Assembly: GCA_037189525.1 (NCBI GenBank)
Contig: JBBCJC010000005.1
Span: forward strand, 224,001 to 288,000
DNA: 64,000 nucleotides
DNA from: Gemmatimonadales bacterium
Lineage (GTDB): Bacteria; Gemmatimonadota; Gemmatimonadetes; Gemmatimonadales; GWC2-71-9
Direction: 5' to 3'
This document shows, in pieces, positions 29,175-37,609 of this stretch (position 1 is its first letter; every line of letters begins with the position of its first letter). Position numbers and translations under genes: made by a program. The notes beneath the pieces were generated by a model, which saw nothing but the letters and a program-made list of their open reading frames with translations, was not told the origin of the DNA and made no database searches.

Positions 29175-29636
29175 TTACCGTCCGAAGAGCGCGCGGAGGC
29201 TCGAGTCGAGATCCTCTTCGAACGTCTCGGCCAGGACCTGACGGGCTGGCGGATCGCGCGGCGCCACCTTGACCAGGTCGTCGATCATCCGGCCAAAGAA
29301 GAGCTGCACCATGCCGAGCGAGGTATCCGGGCCGAAGACCGCCAGACCGATCCACTGCGCGTCGGGCATCGCAAAGGGAGCCAGGTAGACCCCGGTGCGC
29401 GAACTGTGATGCACCACCGCGCCGAACTCGCCGGCCTGCATTTCCGACGCAATGGCGCGCGTCGACGCCACGATCCCGGCCCCCAGCGCAGCTGCCGTCA
29501 TCACATCGAGCGACCGGGTGAAGCCGTGCTGCGCCACGACCTGGCCCGACGACGTCATCAGGAGCGCAATCCGCACCTGCGACTCGGCCACGAAGGTCGC
29601 CAGCGGCGATTCGACCCAGGGTTCGATGGTCCGCAT
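29175..29636 (-). CDS. mglB: Roadblock/LC7 protein, MglB-like GAP
   Basis: Directly upstream of mglA; GQVVAQHG, AAALGAG, DTSLGMVQLF, acidic C-terminal helix EEDLDSSLRALF. Confidence 0.75.
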   Translation of the reverse strand: MRTIEPWVESPLATFVAESQVRIALLMTSSGQVVAQHGFTRSLDVMTAAALGAGIVASTRAIASEMQAGEFGAVVHHSSRTGVYLAPFAMPDAQWIGLAVFGPDTSLGMVQLFFGRMIDDLVKVAPRDPPARQVLAETFEEDLDSSLRALFGR

Positions 29637-29986
29637 CAGCTCAACTGGCCGGCCGCATCCAGCAGGGCGAGCCGGACTTCACCGATGTTGACGTCGTTGC
29701 CGGTCACCGCCACGAGCAGCAACCCCTCGCCGCCCGCCACGATGAAGAGTTGTCCGGCCGCCGCCTGCAGGAGCAGCACGCTCATGGGCGGTGTGTGCAG
29801 GGTCCGGGTCAGCACGCCGAGCCGCTGCGCCAGGCGGGCAGCAAAGGCGGCGGCCGCCTCGGTGGCCTGCCCTTCCAGCGCCGCTTCGGCCACGACCAGC
29901 CCGTCCTCGATCGAGACGAGAAGCGCGCTCCGGACACCCGCAACCCGGGTAATGTCCTCGAGCATCAGATGTTCGCGGCCGATCAT
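29636..29986 (-). CDS. Roadblock/LC7 domain protein (MglB/MglC-like paralog)
   Basis: GVRSALLVSIEDGLVVAE and VNIGEVRLAL roadblock pattern, 116 aa. Confidence 0.8.
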   Translation of the reverse strand: MIGREHLMLEDITRVAGVRSALLVSIEDGLVVAEAALEGQATEAAAAFAARLAQRLGVLTRTLHTPPMSVLLLQAAAGQLFIVAGGEGLLLVAVTGNDVNIGEVRLALLDAAGQLS

Positions 29987-30771
29987 TCGAGCGCCTCCAG
30001 CCAGCGGCGGGCATCCTGCGTCGCTCGGTCCGCAATCCGCGCCAGGCGACCTGCCGGCACTTCCCGCCCCCGCATGACCAGGAGCAGCGTTTCCGGCGTC
30101 GGCGTGCGCAGTTCGTAATTGACGGCGCCGCTTTCAATCGCAATCGCCTTCCACTCGCCGAGTTCGAGCATCCGGGTGGCCCGATCGGCTTCACGCGATA
30201 CACCGGCCAGAGCCGCGGCGACCGCCTCGCTGGCGTCGACGCCATCGGCGCGGCTGAGTTCTCCGCGCAGCACCCGCCCCTGCTGATCGAACAGCAGGCT
30301 GGGCGTGGGTCCGGCCGCGGCGGCGACCGGGACGGGATTCGGATCGGCTTCGATCTGCGCCACCCGGGCCGCCATCATGGAGCGGATCCGTTCGATGGCG
30401 GAGGCCAGAGTGGTGTCGTCAGGAGCGAGTTCGAGGGCACGCGAGAGATGGCGAACACTCCGGCCGAGATCGCCGGTTCTGAAAGCCAGGAACGCCAGCC
30501 CTTTGTGGGCGCCAAGATGGTCGGCATCGAGCCGGAGCACGGTGGTCCAGGCATCGAAGGCGGCGTCACCCTCACCGCGATCCGACTGGATCCGCGCCAG
30601 CAGGTCGTGCGCGTCGGCCACGTTGGGGTATCGGGCCACACCGCGGCTCGCGACCGTGAGGGCCGCATCGAGCTGGCCACGGCGGCGCAACGCTTCCGCC
30701 AGGCGCAGGAACACCAGACTGGCCGGATCGGAGGCCAGTTCGAGCGTCATCGCGGCAATATCGTCAGTCAT
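29983..30771 (-). CDS. TPR + C-terminal roadblock-like domain protein
   Basis: DPASLVFLRLAEALRRRG TPRs; C-terminal LLFDQQGRVL..VAAALAGV..LELGEW..PAGRL roadblock-like fold. Confidence 0.75.
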   Translation of the reverse strand: MTDDIAAMTLELASDPASLVFLRLAEALRRRGQLDAALTVASRGVARYPNVADAHDLLARIQSDRGEGDAAFDAWTTVLRLDADHLGAHKGLAFLAFRTGDLGRSVRHLSRALELAPDDTTLASAIERIRSMMAARVAQIEADPNPVPVAAAAGPTPSLLFDQQGRVLRGELSRADGVDASEAVAAALAGVSREADRATRMLELGEWKAIAIESGAVNYELRTPTPETLLLVMRGREVPAGRLARIADRATQDARRWLEALE

Positions 30772-31915
30772 AATTCTCTCGCAGCAGAGCCGCCAGCTGG
30801 CGCGCCGCCGGAATGGCCGCGCCGACCGTTACGACTTTCCGCTCTTCCTCGGAACCTAACGAGGGTAACGCCAGCCACGCTTCAAAGCCATGGACCGCCT
30901 CGTCCAGGCGCCCGGCCCCCATCAGCGCCCATGACAAGAGCCGGAGCGCCTTGGGCGACGCGGGGTCCAATCGCACCGCTTCCCGGAATGCCGTTTCGGC
31001 CTGGGTGTAGCGCCGGTCGGCCAGAAACACGCGGCCTAGCATCACGTGAGTTTCGGCCTCATCGGGAAAGGCGGCGACGGCCGCTTGCGCAATCGAAAGC
31101 GCGGCCTCGGCCTGACGGGCCTGCAACTGGCGTTCGGCCTCCGACAGGAGCGACTGGGCATCGGCGCGCGGCGCGGCCTGAGTGGTTTCCTTGATCGGAT
31201 CGCGCAGCGCGAGCACCCCGGCAGCCGACAGGCCGAAGACGGCCCGGGCCACGTCGAACTCGGGTTCGCTCAGCAGGGTCGCCATTTCCTGGAGATCACG
31301 GGTCCCGTCGGCCACGGTGAGGACGCGCCATTCGAACGGATTGAGGACCAGGCTGCCCGGCTCCCCTTCCGGCAGGCTGGCAATCCGGGGGATCACACCC
31401 AGATGGGGAACCTTGGCCCGAATCCGGGACCACTCGTCGATCCGGCGCGCGCCTTCGAGCAACAGCGCCTCGACGGAAATCCGGACATCCGCTTCGCGCG
31501 GAATGGTGTCGGGCGCAGCCTCCTCGAAGACGAAATATCCTTCGGACCAGCCGAGCATCGTGAAGACGACTTCCTCGATCTGGGCGCGGACCTGCGAGGC
31601 GAGTTCCTTCGGCGTGATGGCGCCGATCGCGACCAGAATGGCACCGATCCGGCGCTGGTCGCCGCCGGACTGGAGCGCCTGGGCCCGGGTCAGATCTTCG
31701 CTGGCAATCCGCCCCGCCCGCACCAGGTGCTGTCCCAGCATGTGGGGATTCGATCGGACCGACGCGGCCACGATGCCGGCCTCGTGAAACCAGATGGTTC
31801 CCTCGTTGTGGCGCAGATCCGAAACGACCCGGAGACGCCCGGTCTTCTTGCCCAGGTCGAGCAACTGGAAGACGTCGTGGATACCGAGTTCGCGAAGCGG
31901 GCCCTGGATGGCCAT
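30764..31915 (-). CDS. DUF4388 + degenerate MshEN + TPR protein
   Basis: MAIQGPLRELGIHDVFQLL..KKTG, WSEGYFVF, LLLEGARRIDEW; paralog of 25016..26632. Confidence 0.87.
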   Translation of the reverse strand: MAIQGPLRELGIHDVFQLLDLGKKTGRLRVVSDLRHNEGTIWFHEAGIVAASVRSNPHMLGQHLVRAGRIASEDLTRAQALQSGGDQRRIGAILVAIGAITPKELASQVRAQIEEVVFTMLGWSEGYFVFEEAAPDTIPREADVRISVEALLLEGARRIDEWSRIRAKVPHLGVIPRIASLPEGEPGSLVLNPFEWRVLTVADGTRDLQEMATLLSEPEFDVARAVFGLSAAGVLALRDPIKETTQAAPRADAQSLLSEAERQLQARQAEAALSIAQAAVAAFPDEAETHVMLGRVFLADRRYTQAETAFREAVRLDPASPKALRLLSWALMGAGRLDEAVHGFEAWLALPSLGSEEERKVVTVGAAIPAARQLAALLRENYD

Positions 31916-31916
31916 C

Positions 31917-34580
31917 TCAGGCCTCGACCGGCTGGAGGATGTGCATCAGATCGCGGGTCGACCGCGCTTCCGCGCGCGCCGCCGCAGCCAGCGGTCCGGT
32001 CGGATTGCTCCGAATCACCTGCTCCCACTCGTCCAACGCCTCGGCAAACTGACCGAGCGCAGCGAGCGACATACCGCGGTGGAAGCGCGCCGTCGCCTGG
32101 TCGGACACGAACTTGAGGACCCGGGTAAACGCGGTCAGCGCATCACGATGACGGCGTTCGTCGGCCAACGACCGGCCGAGCAGGACCAGGGCATCGGTCG
32201 CGTAGGGCTCGACCAGCAGGAGGTCGACCAGCAGCTTGATGGCTTCGGCCGTTTTGCGCTGCCGGCGGAGCAGTTCTCCGAGAGCAAGTCCGGCGTCCAG
32301 GTAGGTGGGCAGGACCGCGAGGGCTCGTTCGTAGGCAGCCTGCGCCAGGCCGAGTTCGCGGCGCTCTTCGCGCACCAGGCCGCTTTCGAACCAGGCCTGC
32401 ACGTGCCCGGGGTCGAGCGCCACCGCCGCCTGGAGCGAACTCAAGGCTTCGTCGGAATCGCCCAGCTGGCGTCCGATCCGGCCGCGCAGCACCAGCAGAT
32501 CCGCCCGCGCCGGCGCCAGCGCAATGGCGCCGAGCGCATCGTCCTGGGCGCCGTGGAGATCGTTCATGGTGAGACGAGCCCGGGCCCGCAACTCGAGCGG
32601 CTCGGGCTCGCGCGGCCTGAGCCGCACCAGATCGTCGGCCAAGGCACGCGCTTCCTCCGCACGCCCCAACGCGAGCAGCGCTGCCGCTTCACCACGCAGG
32701 ATGGCCGGATCGTCGGGCAGCTCCTGCCGGGCCTGGCGAAAGCGTTCGAGCGCCTCACCATGCAGACCGCGCCGGGCAAAGATCTCTCCCAGGAGCGCGA
32801 TACCCGGCCCGGCAGGCCCGCCGCGCCGCAAGGTGCGATGCACTTCGGCGGCGGCCGACTCGAGCAGCCCCTTGGCAATCAGGTCACGGGCCACGTCGAA
32901 CGGGTCGACCGCAGCCACCGCGGCCGCTTCATCGGGCGCCAGCGCGACGAACAAGTCGTCGAGCACGGCCGGATCGAAGGTGAAGTCTTCACCGACGGCT
33001 TCGAGCGTCACATCGGCCGCGAGGTTCGGAACGATCCCGACTGAGGTCTCGCTGAACTGCAACTCGATCGACAACGCGTATTTCTGGGGAACGTAGAACG
33101 GATCGATCTCCAGCGCGCGGCGGGTTTCCCGCAGCGCTTCGTCGAACGCGCCGAGCTGGCTCAATGCAAAACCGAGATTGTAGTGCGCCGGGGCGCAACT
33201 GGGATCGGACTCCACCGCGCGCCCGAAGGCGTTCCGGGCATCCGGAAAGCGCTTCAACTCCATCAGCACCAGGCCGATGCCGTTCCAGGCAATGGCGTGA
33301 TCCGGATCGGCGGCGAGCACGCCGCGATATCCGTCGAGAGCCGCCTGATAACGCTGCCGGTGAAAGTGGAACAGCGCCAGATTGAGCCGCGCGGCCTGCA
33401 GCCCCCCCTGCGCAGCAATGGCGCGCTCGAACGCGAGCCGGGCCGGTTCCACCTCCTGCTCCGCAGCCAGCAGTACGGCCAGGTTGTTCCAGGCGAGCGC
33501 GGCGTCGGCATCGAGCCGGACCGCTTCTTCGTACGCCGCGCGCGCCTCGGCCCGGCGACCGGCCTGGTGCAGCACCACGCCGCGCTCGTTCCAGAGCTTG
33601 GGATTCTCGGGATCCTGCTCGAGCAGCCGGCGATAGAGTTCGAGCGCTTCGCCGGTGTCCCGCTGCAGCAGGTGAATCTCGGCCATACCTTCGAGCGCCG
33701 GACGTTCGTCCTCTCCGGCTTCGAGCGCCAGACGGTACTCGCGCAACGCTTCGACGAAGTAACCCCGCCGCCGGAATGCCACCGCCAGGTTGAGATGCGC
33801 TTCGGTCGGACCGCTCGAAGCATCGGCGGGTTGAGCCGATTCGCGGGACGCGGGGCGCGCCTGATTGATCCGCAAGTTGGCCTGGGCCGACCCGAGCGAT
33901 GGGTTGAGCGTCACCGCGCGACGGGTCGCGGTCCGCGCCGCATCATGAAAACCGAGATCGCCATAGACGAAGCCGAGCAGATACTGGACATCGGCGTGTT
34001 CGGGATTGATCTGGGCCGCTTCGGTCAGCACTGTCAGCGCGCCGTCGACCAAGCCACGATTGTAGAGCGCCTGGCCGAGATAGAGGCGGGCCACGGTGCT
34101 GCGGGGGTCGATCTCGACGGCGCGCTGGAACCATTCGGTGGCCAGGTCGTGACGACCGCGGGCCTGTTCGACCAGGCCGAGCTGCACCAGCGCGGTCCCA
34201 TCCCTGGGGTTGCTGCGCAGCAGATCTTCGAACTGCTCGCTGGACCGGTCGTACTGGTGGAGGGCCAGATAGATCCGGCCGAGTTCGAGGCGCAATTGGC
34301 GATCGTCGGGGCGCCGGGCGATCTGCTCCCGCAGTTCCCCGATCCGGCGATCGTAGTAGCCGGTTTCGCGCTGGACGGTGTCGAGATTCTCCTGCGCCAC
34401 CCGCATGTGCGGGTCGAGTTCGAGCGCCCGGGTAAACGCGGCAATGGCCTCGGCCACCATGCCGCGATCGTAGTAGAGTACGCCGAGATTGTTGTGCGCG
34501 CCCGAATCGGACGGATCGATCCGCCGTGCCAGGGAGCGAAGCACTCCCAGGTCCCGTTCGGACGTCGCCTGATGGGCCAT
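31917..34580 (-). CDS. Large multi-TPR scaffold protein
   Basis: 887 aa with many TPRs (AHNNLGVLY, AWNNLAVLL, AWNGIGLVL, AHYNLGFAL); no signal peptide. Confidence 0.9.
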   Translation of the reverse strand: MAHQATSERDLGVLRSLARRIDPSDSGAHNNLGVLYYDRGMVAEAIAAFTRALELDPHMRVAQENLDTVQRETGYYDRRIGELREQIARRPDDRQLRLELGRIYLALHQYDRSSEQFEDLLRSNPRDGTALVQLGLVEQARGRHDLATEWFQRAVEIDPRSTVARLYLGQALYNRGLVDGALTVLTEAAQINPEHADVQYLLGFVYGDLGFHDAARTATRRAVTLNPSLGSAQANLRINQARPASRESAQPADASSGPTEAHLNLAVAFRRRGYFVEALREYRLALEAGEDERPALEGMAEIHLLQRDTGEALELYRRLLEQDPENPKLWNERGVVLHQAGRRAEARAAYEEAVRLDADAALAWNNLAVLLAAEQEVEPARLAFERAIAAQGGLQAARLNLALFHFHRQRYQAALDGYRGVLAADPDHAIAWNGIGLVLMELKRFPDARNAFGRAVESDPSCAPAHYNLGFALSQLGAFDEALRETRRALEIDPFYVPQKYALSIELQFSETSVGIVPNLAADVTLEAVGEDFTFDPAVLDDLFVALAPDEAAAVAAVDPFDVARDLIAKGLLESAAAEVHRTLRRGGPAGPGIALLGEIFARRGLHGEALERFRQARQELPDDPAILRGEAAALLALGRAEEARALADDLVRLRPREPEPLELRARARLTMNDLHGAQDDALGAIALAPARADLLVLRGRIGRQLGDSDEALSSLQAAVALDPGHVQAWFESGLVREERRELGLAQAAYERALAVLPTYLDAGLALGELLRRQRKTAEAIKLLVDLLLVEPYATDALVLLGRSLADERRHRDALTAFTRVLKFVSDQATARFHRGMSLAALGQFAEALDEWEQVIRSNPTGPLAAAARAEARSTRDLMHILQPVEA

Positions 34581-34582
34581 GG

Positions 34583-35203
34583 CTATCGGATCGGGCGAAT
34601 CGAGTCGAAGATGGCGGTCAGCGACGCTACATCCGGCATCAGGATGAACTGCCCGTTGACCGACTCGTCGGAGCCGGCAATCCGGAAGGCGGTTTCGACG
34701 CAGATGACGTGATCACGCGAGTGGCCGAAGTTGAGGTAGGCGGTCGTCAACACCGCGCCGGCCTGATCTACCACCAGCGCAGGTACCGACGGCACCAGCA
34801 TCATGCCCATGAAGTCCGACAGCGCGTTGAGGTAGGCGCTGCAGAGGATGTTGCCCGTTTCCATCACGGTCGAGCGTTCCATCTCCGAGAACCCCGGCCC
34901 GCCGCTCGGCGAGCGCAGCAGGATGCTGCAGAGGGTCCGGGCCGAGACTTCGGGGAACACGAGCAGGGTCCGGCCGGTCAGGTCGCCCATCATGTGCATC
35001 AAGACTGCGGCGATGATCGTATCGGTCGGACCGAGCAGTTCGGCGGCTTCTTCGAGCCGCTTCACATCCACCTGCGGGACATCGATCATGATGGTGCGCC
35101 CGGTCATCTGCGACAGCGCCGTCGCGGCATGACCCGCGCCGATGTTCGCGATTTCCCGGAGGGCATCCCGCTGGGCCGCGGTCATCTCCCGTGCATCGAT
35201 CAT
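34583..35203 (-). CDS. cheC: CheY-P phosphatase CheC
   Basis: Two ExxN active-site motifs: REIANIGAGHAATALSQM and METGNILCSAYLNAL. Confidence 0.94.
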   Translation of the reverse strand: MIDAREMTAAQRDALREIANIGAGHAATALSQMTGRTIMIDVPQVDVKRLEEAAELLGPTDTIIAAVLMHMMGDLTGRTLLVFPEVSARTLCSILLRSPSGGPGFSEMERSTVMETGNILCSAYLNALSDFMGMMLVPSVPALVVDQAGAVLTTAYLNFGHSRDHVICVETAFRIAGSDESVNGQFILMPDVASLTAIFDSIRPIR

Positions 35204-35248
35204 CTCATCCTCGCCTTCCGCTAAGAGGCCGCGCCGCTGCCCGCCGCA

Positions 35249-36817
35249 TCAGAAAAACGCCGTCGGGTCGAGCACGAACGCCGGCGCGCCGTCCGCCAGG
35301 ATCGTGGCGCCGCTGACCCATCCCGGCAACGAGTCGGGCGCTTCGATCCGTTCCAGCAATACGTCATGCTGACCAAGCAGGGTGTCGACGGCGACGGCGC
35401 CGTCGCGGCTGCCCCATTCGAGCACCAGCACCGGCCGGCGGTTCGGGACCTCCGTCCGCCGGCGACCGACCAGCTCGGCCAGGTCGACGAACGGCACCGA
35501 CCGGTCCCGAAATGCGAAGCTGCCGTTGCCCGCCACCGTCTCGGTCCGCCCGGGCAAAACCGCCTCGCGCACCAGGCGGAACGGAATCGCGTACCGCTCC
35601 CCGTCCGCACCAACCAGCAAGACCCGCTGCACCGCCGTCGTCAGCGGCACCGTGATCTCGAAGACGGTGCCCCGCCCCGGCTCCGACCGGAGCCCGAGCG
35701 ACCCGCCGAGCGCCCGGACCTTCGAGGCCACCACATCGAGCCCGACGCCGCGCCCGGACACCTCCGTCACTTCGGCCTTGGTCGAGAACCCCGGGCGCAC
35801 CAGGAGCTGCAACACCTCGGCATCCGACAAGGTTTCGGGCGCCGCCGGCAGCAGTCCGCGTTCGACCGCGCGACGCACCACCGCATCGCGATCGACGCCG
35901 CGGCCATCGTCTTCGAGCCGAATCACGATCCACTCGCGCCGCCGCCCCGCGCCCAGTCGAAGGCTCGCTTCGGCCGGCTTGCCGGCGGCCACCCGATCCG
36001 CGGGCCGCTCGACCCCGTGGTCGACGGCGTTCCGCAGCAAGTGGATCAGCGGCTCGACTAGTTCCTCCAGCATGGCGCGATCGAGCTCGATACCTTCGCC
36101 GCCCAGTTCGAGGCGCGCCGGCTTGCCCAGCGACTCGCCCAGATCGCGCACCACCCGGGGAAAACGGCCGAACAGTTCCGACACCGGCGCCAATCGGGCC
36201 TTGATGACCAGGCCGTGCAGCGACCGCACCAGCGAATCGACCTGCCCCGACACCTGCTCCAGTTCCGGATCGGTCCGGGCCGCCACCAGATTGGCCAGCC
36301 GATTGCGCGCCACGACCAGCTCGCCGGCCGTCTGCAGCAGATCGTCGAGGCGATCCGGATCGACGCGCACCGGACGACGCTCGGTGCGCATCGGCGTCGG
36401 CGCCGCTGCAGGCGCGGCGGCCGGCGCCGCCACCGGGCTGCTGGTGGAGACGAGACGCGCGAGCGCCGCGACGACCTGATCGGCCTCGGGAATCGGCACT
36501 CCAGCCGTAGCGGGTTCGATTCCCTGCTCGAGCAGATCGACGGTCCGAAACAACGCGGCAACGACGGCGCGCGACGGCGCCAGTTCACCCCGCCGAACGG
36601 CCTCCAACAGGTGCTCGGCGCCGTGGGTCAGATCCACCACATCGCCGTACCCCATCGACGCCGCCGCGCCCTTCAGCGAATGAAAGGCCCGGAACAGTTC
36701 CGCCAACGGCGCCAGGTCCGCAAGATCCCGCTCCCAGCGCAGCAACTCCGCCGAGGCGCGGCGCAAATGCTCCCGGCCATCGGCCAGGAACAGCGCGGTG
36801 TACCGGCGCAGGTCCAC
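35249..36817 (-). CDS. cheA: Chemotaxis histidine kinase CheA (P1, P3, P4, P5; no evident P2)
   Basis: FRAFHSLKG Hpt, HLLRNAVDHG, EDDGRG, PGFSTK, SGRGVGLDVV, C-terminal CheW domain. Confidence 0.96.
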   Translation of the reverse strand: MDLRRYTALFLADGREHLRRASAELLRWERDLADLAPLAELFRAFHSLKGAAASMGYGDVVDLTHGAEHLLEAVRRGELAPSRAVVAALFRTVDLLEQGIEPATAGVPIPEADQVVAALARLVSTSSPVAAPAAAPAAAPTPMRTERRPVRVDPDRLDDLLQTAGELVVARNRLANLVAARTDPELEQVSGQVDSLVRSLHGLVIKARLAPVSELFGRFPRVVRDLGESLGKPARLELGGEGIELDRAMLEELVEPLIHLLRNAVDHGVERPADRVAAGKPAEASLRLGAGRRREWIVIRLEDDGRGVDRDAVVRRAVERGLLPAAPETLSDAEVLQLLVRPGFSTKAEVTEVSGRGVGLDVVASKVRALGGSLGLRSEPGRGTVFEITVPLTTAVQRVLLVGADGERYAIPFRLVREAVLPGRTETVAGNGSFAFRDRSVPFVDLAELVGRRRTEVPNRRPVLVLEWGSRDGAVAVDTLLGQHDVLLERIEAPDSLPGWVSGATILADGAPAFVLDPTAFF

Positions 36818-36827
36818 GGACCTCGCC

Positions 36828-37190
36828 TCAGCCGAGCAGTCGCTGAACCGCTTCGAGGACGCGCGAAGGCTGAAACGGCTTGACCACGAAGTCCTTGGCC
36901 CCGGCCTGAATCGCCTCGACGACTAGGGCCTGCTGCCCCATCGCGCTGCACATCAGGATCTTGGCGCCCGGATCCTCTTTGCAGATGGCGCGAACTGCCT
37001 CGATCCCGCCCATGGTCGGCATCACGATGTCCATGGTTACGAGATCAGGCTTGAGCGCGGCATACTGGCGGACCGCCTGCTCGCCGGTTTCCGCTTCGCC
37101 GACCACCTCGAACCCGGCCTGGGTCAGGATATCGGCAATCATGGTCCGCATGAACATCGCGTCGTCGCAAACAAGCACCGTGTGGGCCAC
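36828..37190 (-). CDS. cheY: Chemotaxis response regulator CheY (Bacillus/Thermotoga-like)
   Basis: VCDDAMFMR, TMDIVMP, MCSAMGQQ, AKDFVVKPF; GTG start at 37190. Confidence 0.95.
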   Translation of the reverse strand: MAHTVLVCDDAMFMRTMIADILTQAGFEVVGEAETGEQAVRQYAALKPDLVTMDIVMPTMGGIEAVRAICKEDPGAKILMCSAMGQQALVVEAIQAGAKDFVVKPFQPSRVLEAVQRLLG

Positions 37191-37219
37191 GCGTTTCCTC
37201 CCCATCGACTCCGAGCGCG

Positions 37220-37609
37220 TCAGGCTGATCGGCCGAACACCGAGTCCAACGCGCCATCGAGATCCAGCCGAGCTATCGACGCATCCGCCGCCGCCAGCTC
37301 GAGTACCGCTTCGACTCCGAGTCCAACTCGCCCACCCCGGGCTCGCAACACGACGAGCCAGGGCGACGGTCCGGACCGCGCCGTCCGAATACCGAGCAGA
37401 TCGGCAGCGCGCACGATCGTAACGAGGGTACCGCGAATATTTGCGACACCCTCGACCGGAGATGCAACTCCCGGCACTCGGACCAGGGTCGTTTCCGTGC
37501 AAACTTCGAGCACGACCGCGACCGGAAGCGAGAACTGGAAATCGCCCACCCGACAGACCACGAGACGATCGCTCGTCGGCTTACCCTTCGGTGGCTCGAT
37601 AGAATCCAA
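37220..37609 (-). CDS. cheW: CheW coupling protein (short, divergent)
   Basis: LVRVPGVASPVEGVANIRGTLV and VGLGVEAV CheW pattern; next to cheY/cheA. Confidence 0.85.
   Translation of the reverse strand: MDSIEPPKGKPTSDRLVVCRVGDFQFSLPVAVVLEVCTETTLVRVPGVASPVEGVANIRGTLVTIVRAADLLGIRTARSGPSPWLVVLRARGGRVGLGVEAVLELAAADASIARLDLDGALDSVFGRSA

Noticed and set aside
19624..37609. tRNA-associated genomic island explaining the Che/Mgl cluster
   Set aside because: No integrase, no duplicated tRNA 3' end seen, composition looks similar to flanks, and the cluster lies on the 5' side of the tRNAs and overlaps rluD
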